DNA of 63,944 bases, counting the filler, from Lenisia limosa (Eukaryota; Protista; Breviatea), in the NCBI GenBank assembly GCA_001655205.1. It is 13 parts of 13 records of this genome, joined end to end, with 100 filler letters (N's around TTAATTAATTAA, not from the genome) between each part and the next. Parts side by side here need not be neighbours in the genome. Positions count along the whole stretch, not along the records: positions 1 to 14,027 come from LPNZ01009364.1; positions 14,128 to 15,477 come from LPNZ01005795.1; positions 15,578 to 20,488 come from LPNZ01004529.1; positions 20,589 to 24,460 come from LPNZ01002389.1; positions 24,561 to 29,686 come from LPNZ01008741.1; 8 more parts are not named here. One strand, 5' to 3'. The notes below the pieces were generated by a model, which did not search any database, was not told the origin of the DNA, and saw only the letters and a program-made list of their open reading frames with translations. Shown in pieces: positions 13,873 through 25,623 of this stretch (the first letter of the stretch is position 1; each line of letters opens with the position of its first letter). Position numbers and translations under genes: made by a program.

Positions 13873-14071
13873 GTGGGTTATTGGCTTAAGAAAACGGCAA
13901 ATACAGATAAAATTCAGTTCAGTTCATTGTCTTGATCCTGAATTAGGATATGATTTTATATTTTGAGTCTTGATGCAGAACATGGATATGATATCGAGTC
14001 CGTAAATACTGAGTCACCCCCCCCCCCNNNNNNNNNNNNNNNNNNNNNNNNNNNNNNNNNNNNNNNNNNNN

Positions 14072-14083
14072 TTAATTAATTAA
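14072..14083. other. Artificial scaffold spacer TTAATTAATTAA (first of 12)
   Basis: Same 12-mer with about 44 N on each side at 14072, 15522, 20533, 24505, 29731, 34265, 38267, 39905, 42080, 57912, 59199 and 60712; it gives stops in all six frames. Confidence 0.95.
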
Positions 14084-14195
14084 NNNNNNNNNNNNNNNNN
14101 NNNNNNNNNNNNNNNNNNNNNNNNNNNGCTCTGTTAGACGTGGTATGGAATCGGCATTCCTCCCCAGCATTGCTACCGTATTCATATTAGTACCA

Positions 14196-14287
14196 CTAGG
14201 GCTTCCCTACGGTCAGAAAAATACCGGCAAAATATCGATATTTATCGAGGATTTATCGATCTTTTTGGGAACCGTAGGGAAGTTCTA
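14196..14287. mobile_element. hAT-type MITE (family A, CCCTACGG subfamily)
   Basis: TAGGGCTTCCCTACGGTC...ACCGTAGGGAAGTTCTA; 8-bp flanks AGTACCAC/AGCCGCAC (5/8). Confidence 0.75.
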
Positions 14288-14354
14288 AGCCGCACAAATA
14301 TAATGATAAGTCCGATTTTTGTGACTCCCCAGCATTAATAGGAGCACCACTCAC

Positions 14355-15477
14355 GCGAATCTGAAGATTGGTCCGATTTTAGTGACGATGTGAAGAGTGT
14401 AGGAATTGTCACTCCCGGACCGGGCGGCCTTCTTTTGTCCGCCACCTTTCTCCACCCGCATGATGTTGCCGAGATAGATGCTGTAAGATTATTGGGAGGG
14501 GGGGGGGTGANNNNNNNNNNNNNNNNNNNNNNNNNNNNNNNNNNNNNNNNNNNNNNNNNNNNNNNNNNNNNNNNNNNNNNNNNNNNNNNNNNNNNNNNNN
14601 NNNNNNNNNNNNNNNNNNNNNNNNNNNNNNNNNNNNNNNNNNNNNNNNNNNNNNNNNNGAAAATGGGCGTAAAAAAATACATAGAATGAAGAAAAATAGA
14701 CAATTTATGAAACAAAGAAGCCAAAATCAACTCTGTGGGAACTGAATGGGATAAAACGATTGTATCAGGGCTTTATTTATATCCAAAAGAAGCTGTTACA
14801 TTCTCCAAATATATGTCCAAAAAAATATCTCGAGCAATATGGTCCCAATTCTATGATATGATCTGCAGTGTAGGGTAATATTACGATTAAATCTTTGTTT
14901 TGTTTCTTTTACCAAAACCATAATGGGAAATAGAGGTGGGGGGGTTCCAATTTCTTACACGGGATTGGTGTCGTTTTCCATCTGTGTTGAGACTTCACCC
15001 TGAATAATAAGAAGCAGGATAGAAAATTTATGAAAGAAAGAAAAACAGAATCAACTCAGCTGGACAAAGCATTAAGAAGGAAGGTAAAAGGGAGGAAATC
15101 AAAAGACAAAAAGCAGGCAACTCCACAGGCAAAAACAAATGTAATTTTCACCCTCACATTTCCTACTTCATTCTAATTAATAAAACTTGTAACTTTCAAG
15201 TATAGCATGCGTAGAATGTAGGACTTCCCTAAGGTCAGAAAAAAGACTGAATTTCTAGATAAAGCCTCGATAAATATCAATTTTTTTATCGGTCTTTTTG
15301 GGATCGTAGGGAAGTCCTAGTAGAAAGTCACATTTTGTAAAAAAAACGCCGCGCACAGATTCGAGGGTCTTATAAGATACGAAAATGGCTCGGTAATTAG
15401 TGACAAAGAAGACGCCCGGGATGGCCGGGTGACATGGATGCAGGAAGGTCACCGGCTCGGCTCGGAGGCTCAACTTC
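14355..15477 (-). CDS. Myotubularin-family protein, PH-GRAM domain exons (partial)
   Basis: Exons give HPCHPAIPGVFFVTNYRAIF, GEVSTQMENDTNPV and IYLGNIMRVEKGGG...DNSYTLHVITKIGPIFRF, matching the MTM1/MTMR2 GRAM pattern (GxL.vTNYRl.F ... vplGvI.RVEK.GG...g.nSy.l.i..K...lRFa). Confidence 0.75.
15219..15319. mobile_element. hAT-type MITE with 8-bp TSD
   Basis: TIR TAGGACTTCCCTAAGGTC / GATCGTAGGGAAGTCCTA; flanks GTAGAATG and GTAGAAAG (7/8). Confidence 0.85.
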
Positions 15478-15618
15478 NNNNNNNNNNNNNNNNNNNNNNN
15501 NNNNNNNNNNNNNNNNNNNNNTTAATTAATTAANNNNNNNNNNNNNNNNNNNNNNNNNNNNNNNNNNNNNNNNNNNNTAAGGAGCACGTGGGTATTAACA
15601 CTGACACCATTACCCCAC

Positions 15619-18600
15619 TCTGCTATCTGAGGAGGTGCGCGGCCGAAGTCGTCGATCGCCTGTGTGGAGTGTTTGAAACCCGCACCCGTGCCGCCGCGAG
15701 ATAACAACCATTCCTGGAGGGGGGGACATGTCATTTCGATGAAGAAGGGGGAGGGTGAAATGGTAAAATTTATGTAAAAAAAAAAAGCCCAAATCAACTC
15801 TGTTAGGGGAGAGTGAACCTTTATGTGTATTTTCCTCTTATTTTGAGCCTCATACCCACCTTGGTCCGGGAGACCAGTTCAGGCTCGACAGGGAAGACTT
15901 TGGCCATTTCAATGAACTCCAAGAGGCCGAACGATGAGAGGGCCTCGTGGGCTGGGGCCTTGCCAAACCACTCGAAACCACCTGAGAGCTGAGCCTCAAA
16001 TACTATGGAAAAGGAAACAAACTCTATTGGAATTTAAGACACAGAGGTTCTGAAACAAAAACAAGTAAATTCATTTCACAAAGCCCAGGAGTTTTCACAT
16101 CGTATCCCATTACTCCAAACAAGAGTACGGCTCAATAGTAACTCAACTCTTTGCATGAATTCTGAGTATAAATAACCATTCTCGAACAAGATTCGAAACA
16201 TGACCTCCCCCACCTGAAGCTACCTCGTATTTTGTTAGGAGTTTGTACCCAGCTTGCAGGTGTTTCTCGGCTTCTTTCAGGACCTCGTTTGATTCATCAG
16301 ACTAGAGTGTTAACAGATGACGAAGAGGGGTGATAAGGAAAGTAGAATCTGTGACACACCCTTGTATGGGACTTGATATATGCCACAGCCATGACCAGAG
16401 GATACACCACAGATGAGGCTTGCTCGAAACAGCCGAACGGCTGACGCACCAAAGACTACAGAGGTAAGCATGTATGCCAGGTGTGCACAGAGCTGTAAGG
16501 CAAATGATTGGGTGAATTAATATTAATCTATAATGTAAAATATCACCAAGAAGCGTGACACTGATGGCCAGATACAACCTTGTTTTTTTATTTCTCATTG
16601 CTATATATGATAGTCCATATACGGGTAAGCATGGGCATACTTCGGCTTTATAAAAAAAATAAGGTGGTATTTTTTGGTGTTGGATAAAAAAAACCACTTT
16701 TATACTCATAGGAGGCAGGTAAAGACTAAAGTACCATACCTTCACCGCCTCGAGAATTGCCGCGGAAGGGGAGGGGTAGGCCGAGAACGTCACTGTCGGC
16801 CGAATAGCGTCATTCGGCATTGACACGTTGAGAGGCATCGTAGTGTCACTCTGGTAGGGTCAAAGATGGCGTGCTTAGGGCTCTTATCAAATAAACGGAA
16901 AGAAAAGAGCAAAAGATGCTAAGGATTACAACAGCAGAACCCACCTCAATGAAGCCGGAAAGATGCCGGGACAGTTCCACACCTCTTGGGAGCAGCTTAA
17001 TGGAAGTAGTTGAGGAGTCTTGGAAGACCTGAGGGGGGGGGGTAAATAGAAATTTGGCATGTGAACCACCGGGGGCTATTTGTAATACACAAAGAAACAT
17101 AATTGATATTTTCTAGGCACTGTGGGGCGTGTCAACTAATTATCATAAGAATCTTATCCCCAGCCTACCTCAGGACTGACGAGAGACACGACTGAGAGAG
17201 TGGAGGAGACATGCAATTCACTAGTCATTGCTGTTGGTAGCGACAAAGTCAATGATGAGGCTATAGGGGTCAGCTCTGATCCCTCACGAATATGGGCTGT
17301 TATATATAATAGTGTATGAATGAAAAGGAAGAATACACTATCAATATCTGCATCTGTATAAGCATAATATCCTTAAAATACAATGCCCATAAGATAAATT
17401 AGAATATCACAATCAAGACTCCCACTTCTTTCAGGCTTGTACTCGGGATTGGCGGCAACAACAACATCTACGAAGATATTTGGCTCACAGGACTCTCCAA
17501 AATCAATAGGAATGCCAACTGCCTAATTTGGTAACTGCGGAACAAGGAAACTAAAACCGAAGAAATCTCCATAAAGGGAAACTAACATGTCTGCCATCTT
17601 TCAAAAGAAGCATAAGAGGGTCCTTTTTAGACGGAAGACTTGTTTGGACGTTAACAATTCCCGTGGCAGGACTGGAATATGAGAAGCTTGAAAAACGTTC
17701 ACAGCTAAATACATCCATTACTCAGGAGCATACATAACCAAACAAAATGTTAATTTATCCAAATGCGATACACAGTTCTCCCTACAGCTTGCTTGGGAAA
17801 TCAATATCAATATGAAGAGACACGAAAGACCCTTCAATAAGGGGCGGAGACTGTTGAATGCTAACTGCAAACTACAGCGTTGGTAAAGGATGAATATTTG
17901 ATATATGTATGTTATCTGGGCACTCTGATTTTAATCCAAAAAGAAATTACTCATTATCAGATATCATCATAAACCAGAGTGGAAGGTGTTGGGTAACATT
18001 TGACCAAATGTAAGTAGGATATTTTCGTTTTCAACAGTATTCCAAATACCCCCTCAGGAACTGACCTCGGAAGTGGTCGTGAAAGCGGTTTGTGATTCGG
18101 AGAAAAACGGCTAGGACAGTAAGGGGGGTGCAATTGGAGGAAACTAGGCTCAGATAATGATATGATATTAAAAATGACCCAATTAATATTTCAAACAAGT
18201 ATTATTCGGATAAATGCGCTGAGCGAGAATATCTAATATATTCGATCCCAAGTATTAGGATATCACACTGACTATCATCCGGGAACAAAGCGCACCATTT
18301 CGATTGTCATGTCCTGTTTCTTAGCCAGATTGGACATTGTAGCAAAGGCGTTGACGGTCCATGTAGTAAAACTGTCATCGGTCTCAAAGGAAACGCTGGT
18401 CTGGCCTATGGGGTTAGGTCGAAACGTCTCACCCCGTTGGAGTGAGAAATATGAATGAAGTAAGATCATGAGAGAAACAAAGCGAAATACTAAATCTGGA
18501 CAAGGCTTCTTTACTAGCCAATAGCCATTTGATATATTGCACAACAACTGCCAAAACAAGTTCCTTCAACACCACGAACCTGTCTTGTCAGTTTGAACAT

Positions 18601-20116
18601 CAACCGCGAAAAGGAGCGCCGAGGAAAATTCTGTTCTCTCCGTCGACAGATGCGGGTGTTTATACTCCCATCTCCTTGTTCCACCAGGGGACTGCTTTCT
18701 ATAGATAGCATTACGATCAATCAATACTAGTCCAAGATTTCGGTCAACCTGTCATCATAGAGATACGTAATATGATACTATTTCTGATTATAATACACAA
18801 CTCCAGGCCACCGTTGGAATCGTGGGGGCTCTTCCATGATACGTTCGAAATCCCCTTGCTGCTGCACCTTAGCCTCTTCTTCCGGTCGCGCGCACCCATT
18901 AGCCATTTCCGGTGCTGAGTTGTGAGGTAAAGGTAAATATCATATTAAATATAAANNNNNNNNNNNNNNNNNNNNNNNNNNNNNNNNNNNNNNNNNNNNN
19001 NNNNNNNNNNNNNNNNNNNNNNNNNNNNNNNNNNNNNNNNNNNNNNNNNNNNNNNNNNNNNNNNNNNNNNNNNNGTTTATACAGCAGTAAAAGCTATGAC
19101 CCTGACACATGGGGGGGCTTAAAAACAGGTGAACGTGAAGAATTCTACTACTATGGACTACATACGTATGCGTATGACATATATATATACTACTTATGCA
19201 TCTTTTATACTACATATGCATCTTATATACTAGATGATACGTGGAATATTTATCTATTACAATCCAGGTAATCAACCAAAAAAAGCGGTAATGGACAAAG
19301 CATGTCGCCCCCCGCACCGGCATCACCGTCAATACCATCATCAGCCATGGCCATTTCGAAGTCAACAATCGGCCTTCCCCCGGCTTTGTTCATTGCTAAA
19401 CTAAGGTAACTGCCTTGCACGGGTTTCTCGATAAACAAAACATTTGCAAGTTGACAATTTTATAAACAAAACACGCATTTAAAAAGATTATGATGCCATC
19501 TTGGTAACATGCATAGGATATGCGTGATTGAACATGTTTATTAAGAGTTCAAACCTCGCATTACTTGAGGGTCTCCTCCAAACATCTTCTAAAGAGGTCA
19601 AAGGCATCTCATATAATCAATCAGCATTCAAATATTAGGTATTTCTTCTCTTCTAAATAGACTACTTCTATTTGGATTAAAAACCTGAGTGTTAATAAAT
19701 ACTACTATATTATATGTTACTCTCACCACATCCCACCAAAGGTCGCTTAACTACATCCCACCAAAGGTCGCTTAGCTACATCCCACCAAAGGTCGCTTAG
19801 CTACATCATAGTTGACGCCAAGAACTCTCTCCCCTGCTTCTTTCAACTGGCGATCATCACTCACTGCGATGGGTGAATTCTCTATATTTTTGGAGAGGAA
19901 GAAACAAAAAGTTGAACTTGAGGAACCATCATAATAAATTTCAGCAAATATGATATCACTTTAATATGAGAGTTGGAAATCTGACAAACAAAAGCGTATA
20001 GAGGATAAAGAAGAAAGGGCGCCAACACCCCACGAACAAATGAACCTCCTGGGGGTGTTGAAAGCAAACTGCCTCCAACTTTGGACACCCAAAATACGGT
20101 CAATTGAGTGCTGAAC
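15619..20116 (-). CDS. Alpha-2-macroglobulin-like thioester-containing protein (partial, about 15 exons)
   Basis: Spliced: IDRILGVQSWRQFAF ... EFSSALLFAVDVQTDKTGQTSVSFETDDSFTTWTVNAFA ... FSAYPSPSAAILEAVKSLVRQPFGCFEQASSVVYP ... HLQAGYKLLTKYEVASGGFEWFGKAPAHEALSSFGLLEFIEMAKVF ... WLLSRGGTGAGF...DDFGRAP; thioester motif GCFEQ at 16420-16434. Confidence 0.85.
16480..16615. repeat. Dispersed repeat family B
   Basis: GCACAGAGCTGTAAGGCAAATGATTGGGTGAATT...GGCCAGATACAACCTTGTTTTTT..TTCTCATTGCTA; related copies at 13568-13710, 20761-20845, 24361-24420, 42843-42885, 60768-60805 and 63115-63190. Confidence 0.8.
19727..19806. repeat. 25-bp tandem repeat x3 in the A2M intron
   Basis: ACATCCCACCAAAGGTCGCTTA(A/G)CT. 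Confidence 0.9.
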
Positions 20117-21394
20117 CTGGGCGGGGGGTGAGGGGAATGGAAACGAAACGAAAATGTGATTAAACAGCCATTAAATGTTTGTGTTTTTGAGAAATAATGA
20201 TAGATAGAGCAATAACTCAAAGATGAAACAGAAAGGTGGCAGTTTGGCACGTGACCACAAGCAGGGCACACGTCGCCCTGTTCGGGGTATGCAGCGGTAA
20301 TTAACACACAACACTCGCTATCTTATCACTTTTTGTGACCAGAAAGAGATTCCTTTTATCTGTCCTATGAAGGACTATCCGGTTATTCACCTCCTGATTG
20401 TTTAGTGGCCGAAAATGAAAAAGAGGATCAACCCCCCAACGACCTTGATGCGTCAGCGTTGCCATCAATCGAGGAGATCAGAGCCAAGNNNNNNNNNNNN
20501 NNNNNNNNNNNNNNNNNNNNNNNNNNNNNNNNTTAATTAATTAANNNNNNNNNNNNNNNNNNNNNNNNNNNNNNNNNNNNNNNNNNNNATCACATAATCT
20601 GAAACTCCAAATAAAAACAAGCAACAAACATGTGTGACCAACGTAAACCTAAACAAAAACTAGATGACAAAAACAAAGAGGATAGGGAGGGGGAAACATT
20701 GGACTTTTGAAGATTGGGGTTTACTATAAACAAACTGTTTCATCTAAAACCGAGGATTGATGTGTACAGAGCTGTAGGTCAACATGTGTAAAGTATTATA
20801 TTATCAATTCACCCAATCATTGGCCTGACAACACTCTGTACACAGAGCTTTCTTTTTGCCTTCCCAGCATACTCCTTATTATATATTAACCACGATGTAT
20901 TGCTGGATAGAGGGAATCCATTTTGGGGATTATGGTTTTTTTGAAAGTGAGAAAATTGCGATATTAAGCTTTATCTTTAGTCAATCGTTTCATTGTTTCA
21001 GGACTCAGCGCATGCAGAAAGCTGTGCCTATGGAGTTGTATGAGGGGGGGGGGTGATAATGGAGGCATGTTGGCTGGAAACACAGAGTAGGTAATAGATT
21101 ATTGTATAATATTAATTCACCAACACGACCAACATGAANNNNNNNNNNNNNNNNNNNNNNNNNNNNNNNNNNNNNNNNNNNNNNNNNNNNNNNNNNNNNN
21201 NNNNNNAAAAGACGATGATTAGGGGAAGCCAAAAAGACACCCCCCCCCCACCATCACAATTAGACACGATATTACATCACTAATCATTCTTGATTATTTA
21301 ATTATGGCTTAGAGCTAGAATCCTCTTAAAACAAATGATCTCACATCAAAACCCAAAAGGGATCAGAGTTAAACAAACGCCATCCAAAGCCAAC

Positions 21395-21658
21395 CTGCTC
21401 CCAGAACTCCTTCCGCATCTCTTCAGTGGGCTTAACATTGTAGTCCTGGGTGTCAATGGTGCGAGACTCGTGGATTTCCTCGGAAACAACAGTGGGAGTG
21501 GCGGGTTTCGAGGTTACGGACTCGCTTCCTTGAGGAAGGGCGTCGTCTGTCTCTAACATTGTTTTGTATGTTGAAAACAGCTTGAAGGAGGACGGGGCAG
21601 CGACTTTGGGGAGAGCTGTCAGCCCAATGCGCGAGACAATCTTGGTAGCAGCAAGCAT
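21395..21658 (-). CDS. First exon of an unknown protein with a mitochondrial-presequence-like N-terminus
   Basis: MLAATKIVSRIGLTALPKVAAPSSFKLFST is R/K/S/A-rich and lacks acidic residues; GT donor after EEMRKEFWEQ; divergent from RCL1. Confidence 0.55.
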
Positions 21659-21883
21659 TTTGGATATAACTCTATAATATTCTAATGAATCAACTGGTCA
21701 AACTTCTCAAAAATGAAAAAGATAATTAACCAATAAATAATCCAGCAATCTGGGGATACGATCAATAATGGCAGTTGTTTAAACTGAAATTTTGGCTTTT
21801 TTTGATCCTTTTCTGTTTAATACAACGTTAACTAAGAGCATATCAAATTTAGATAGGAAATTGCACCCTTAGTCCTGAAAGCG

Positions 21884-24318
21884 ATGTCGTCCTTGCGTTT
21901 CGAAGGATCTCTAGGCTTTAAACACCGCCTCGTCTGCGCTGTTCTCTCAGGAAGGCCGATTAAGATCGATAACATCAGGGCAGATTCGAAAAATCCCGGA
22001 ATCAGCGAGGCTGAAGCCAGTTTCCTCCGTCTACTGGAGAAGGTAGGGTCGCATGCCTCCTCTCACTCTGTATTAGGTAACAAACGGCTCTTCCATTGAC
22101 ATTAACGAGACCGGAACGACCGTGTCAGTGAACCCTGGCGTGATCGAGGGAGGCAAGATTACGCATGAATGCGGTCTTGGACGAAGCATTGGCTACTTCG
22201 CTGAAGGTTGGGCGGAATGGGGGGTTGCAAATAACGGCAATGAGGGGGTTGTTAGGAGGATTATATGATAAAGTCTGGGGAGTCCATTGCCTCAACTCAC
22301 TGGAGTGATGGGATGTGAGTGGTGAATGGGCTTTTTTTTTTATTTCATAAATTTTCCAATTTTACTCCCCATTCCCTACCCTCCCATACCCCTGGAGGGG
22401 AGGAAGTGTTGTGGAGAGAGAGCATCAGATGAATTTTGTTTGATGTCGTATCCCTTGATAAACTAGATGGTGTGGACGGCTTTCACAAGGGCTTTACATA
22501 GAGACTATTTTTTTTTTCTCTTGCTCTAATAAGAACCATATAATGGCACACTTACGGCGATAAGTCCTGATCCGATTGATTAAGATCCAGCTCATATCCA
22601 TGTAATGACTTATCGTGGTCAGTGTACGTGTTTATTCAGCTTCAGTCGTTGCTCTAACTACTCTTACGATTGACTTAACATTTATGTCACTAACAAAACA
22701 ACTGATTAGCCCCCATTCTCCCGACATTTATGTAACTAATGCAGCCTTGATTCTTCTGGGACTCTTTGGAAAGAAGCCTCTCGTCGCCACTTTAAAGGGC
22801 ATTACAAACGACAACATAGATATCTCTGTAAGGGGGTTACAAACGACAACGTAGATGGTAATTACAGACGAGAACATACATATAAATGTATAGTATATGC
22901 AAAGATATCAGTATTTAGGTTGATTAAACAAGAGCTATAATTTTGCTAATTTTTGGAGTCGAAACGAAGCTTTGAACACAACACGCCAATATTTTACTTA
23001 CCTATTAGGTTGACCTTCTGCGTACTGTTACGATTCACATTCTTCGACCTTTTGGTGTTGATGAAGGTGTTGCGATTAAGGTATGCTGGGGATGATGGGA
23101 TGGAGTGGATGATGATGTTGATGTTGTTGTTGTTGGTGATGATAAAGGGGTGTGATGGTGATGATGGTGAAAGGTGTCAAGATGTTATTATCAGGTCAAG
23201 ATATTATACTCAATTCAAAGGTCAAGACAAAATGTTATGCTTTATTCGCACATCAATCATCATAATCCTACAATTCAAGATATCAGAATCGTACAATTCT
23301 AGATTTCATATAACCTCCCCAGATCAACTCCCGTGGTGCTCCTCCTCTTGGTGGCGGCGAAATTCTCCTTCGCGTACCGGTTATCAGAGAGCTTCAGTCC
23401 GTTCAGCTCACAAACTTCGGAAAGGTCAAGCGTGTTCGTATGAGGGGTTTTGTTGTTTTGAACATATTGCCATATGATATGATATAATAATATTTACAGG
23501 GTTTTCAGGATGTAAAAATAGGAATTATGATAATAACAATTTCAGGAGGCTTGTGCTACTCCACCAGAGTAAACGCCCAGTTGAGCCAAAGAACTGCCAC
23601 GTCATCTAAAGGTCTGTGGGGGGCCTGGATTTGGGCTTTGTTTTGTCCTGTTTACTCTCCTCACATATCATTTCAAAGGCTGGCTCGAGCTTGTTTTTGT
23701 TTTTGTCATCTGGTTTTTGTCTAGTTTTAGCGTTGGTTGCTCGTGTTTTTTAGTGCTTGTTTTCATTATTTTTTTTGTTTAAAGTTTCAGATTACTCGGT
23801 TCGTGATTACCAATATTCCGTCATCGAAATTTCCTTCATTTTACTCCCCTCACATACCAGGACCACTCCTCAAGTTCATCCCGGACGTTTACGTGTACAC
23901 TGATGGTTATAAGGGCAAAGAAAGTGGAAAGTGAGGGGGGTCTTGATTGTAAATTTTCTCAACAATCCTACTTATAATCTAAATTATAATTCGAATTGAG
24001 CGGGTATTTCGAGTTTCTGTCTTCGTAATCTTTTTTTTTTACCCCCCCCCCCTAATGGAACGCGGCCTGGGCTTTGTTTGTGTTGTTATCAATCCGTGTT
24101 TGTTGTCAGCCAACAGAGTTTGATTTGAGTTTTTTTTGTTTCATAAATTTTCCAATTTTACCCCCCTCCCCTCAGGTCACCCGGTTATGCCGTATCCCTG
24201 GTTGCGAGCACCACAGAAGGCGCCAACGTTGGAGCGGAGTATTGCAGTGTCCCGGACTGGACGCCAGAGGAACTTGGAGAGTACGCCGCCAGACAGCTGC
24301 TCCAGGAAATATCGTGGG
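21884..24318 (+). CDS. RCL1: RNA 3'-terminal phosphate cyclase-like protein (rRNA processing), 8 exons, 3' end lost at scaffold break
   Basis: MSSLRFEGSLGFKHRLVCAVLSGRPIKIDNIR..PG...EASFLRLLEK|VTNGSSIDINETGT...GRSIGYFAE|...LKGITND..DIS|VDLLRTVT|..RGAPPLGGGE...|GLCYSTRV|..FIPDVYVYTD|SPGYAVSLVASTTEG...PEELG..AA..LLQEI. Confidence 0.93.
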
Positions 24319-24560
24319 GTGGGGGGTATATAGAACTATGCTCCAATATCTCTTATATGCGTGATGATGTGGACGGCTTTGGCCAGATACAACCTTGTTT
24401 TTTAAAATCTCATTGCTACATACACATACACATATGCATATATATATATATATATATATCNNNNNNNNNNNNNNNNNNNNNNNNNNNNNNNNNNNNNNNN
24501 NNNNTTAATTAATTAANNNNNNNNNNNNNNNNNNNNNNNNNNNNNNNNNNNNNNNNNNNN

Positions 24561-25047
24561 CCGGCACTGGAACAGTCATTGCCTATGGCGGCATCAATGT
24601 TGTCACGGCTTGTCACGTGCTCAATGAGGATGGAGAGCTCATGTCTGACGCATGGGTGGAGGACGCTTACGCCCCGCGCAATCCTGAGGCGCCCGCTGTA
24701 CCTGTCATGGGGATCCCGATTCTGGCTGAGGCCGTGATTGAAGGTCTTGGAGATACACAGGTCAGGAGGGGGTCCATTGCTGGAAAGATGTGGAGAAATT
24801 GGCTTTATCAAAACCATCTATTGAGGAACTCTATGACAACAGCCTCCCCCAGTCCTTCCTTTGCTTTCTTGGTTTTGTGTAATGCTGTATGTGGTTAATC
24901 ATTTGGGCATTCCTGCACATTTTCTGTTCACACCCTCAGAAACTGAAATCTGTTACGACCGATGACGGGGCGTTTATCGTTGTTGGTGGTGCCGCCGGCC
25001 TCATTGCCAGACTCAAAATCTACGGCGACTCTCTTGACCTTCAGTAA
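24561..25047 (+). CDS. C-terminal two exons of an unknown protein
   Basis: GTGTVIAYGGINVVTACHVL...GLGDTQ (donor at about 24761) | KLKSVTTDDGAFIVVGGAAGLIARLKIYGDSLDLQ*. Confidence 0.55.
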
Positions 25048-25623
25048 GGCTTTTAACGTGTTTTTTTTTGTTTTATTGTCTGTGTTGATATATTTATGTT
25101 TTGTCCCTTGTCATTCTGATCTGAAAATACCAATTTGGTGATTTATTACCATAAAACGATTATTTCTTTATTTCTTTAGTCCACAAATGCAGTAAAGCCG
25201 TAAAAGTAAAAACAGCATCAGAAAGACTCAAAAGACTACATTCCCAGTTAATGATAGTACAAACAACCAAAAAAACTCTCCTCCACCTCCTCACTCCCCC
25301 ATCCTCGTTTCTAACGGACTCTGGGAGCTTGACCCCTGAGAGTTCCTGTTCGTCGCTGTTCGTCGACGAACCAGAATCTGTAGATCAAGTAGATCCATCT
25401 TGGGTCGAACGAACCCCGAGGTTCTTAGTAATCAAAAGCATGTTCGGGAAATATTCGTCGTGGCATAGTTTTTCAGTTAAAATTGGATTTTCTGTGACAT
25501 TAAGTAGAGCTTAATAAAATATAAAGGCTTAATTTATTAACTGACTTTGAGTGTGTTAGATTTCGAGCTTTGTTCACTGTACGCCGTTTTTTAAGCTCCT
25601 ATACATCAAGGCGCAAGCCCACA

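Noticed and set aside
14355-20116. A2M-myotubularin fusion on the minus strand
   Set aside because: The spacer at 15522 lies between them, so adjacency is an artefact.
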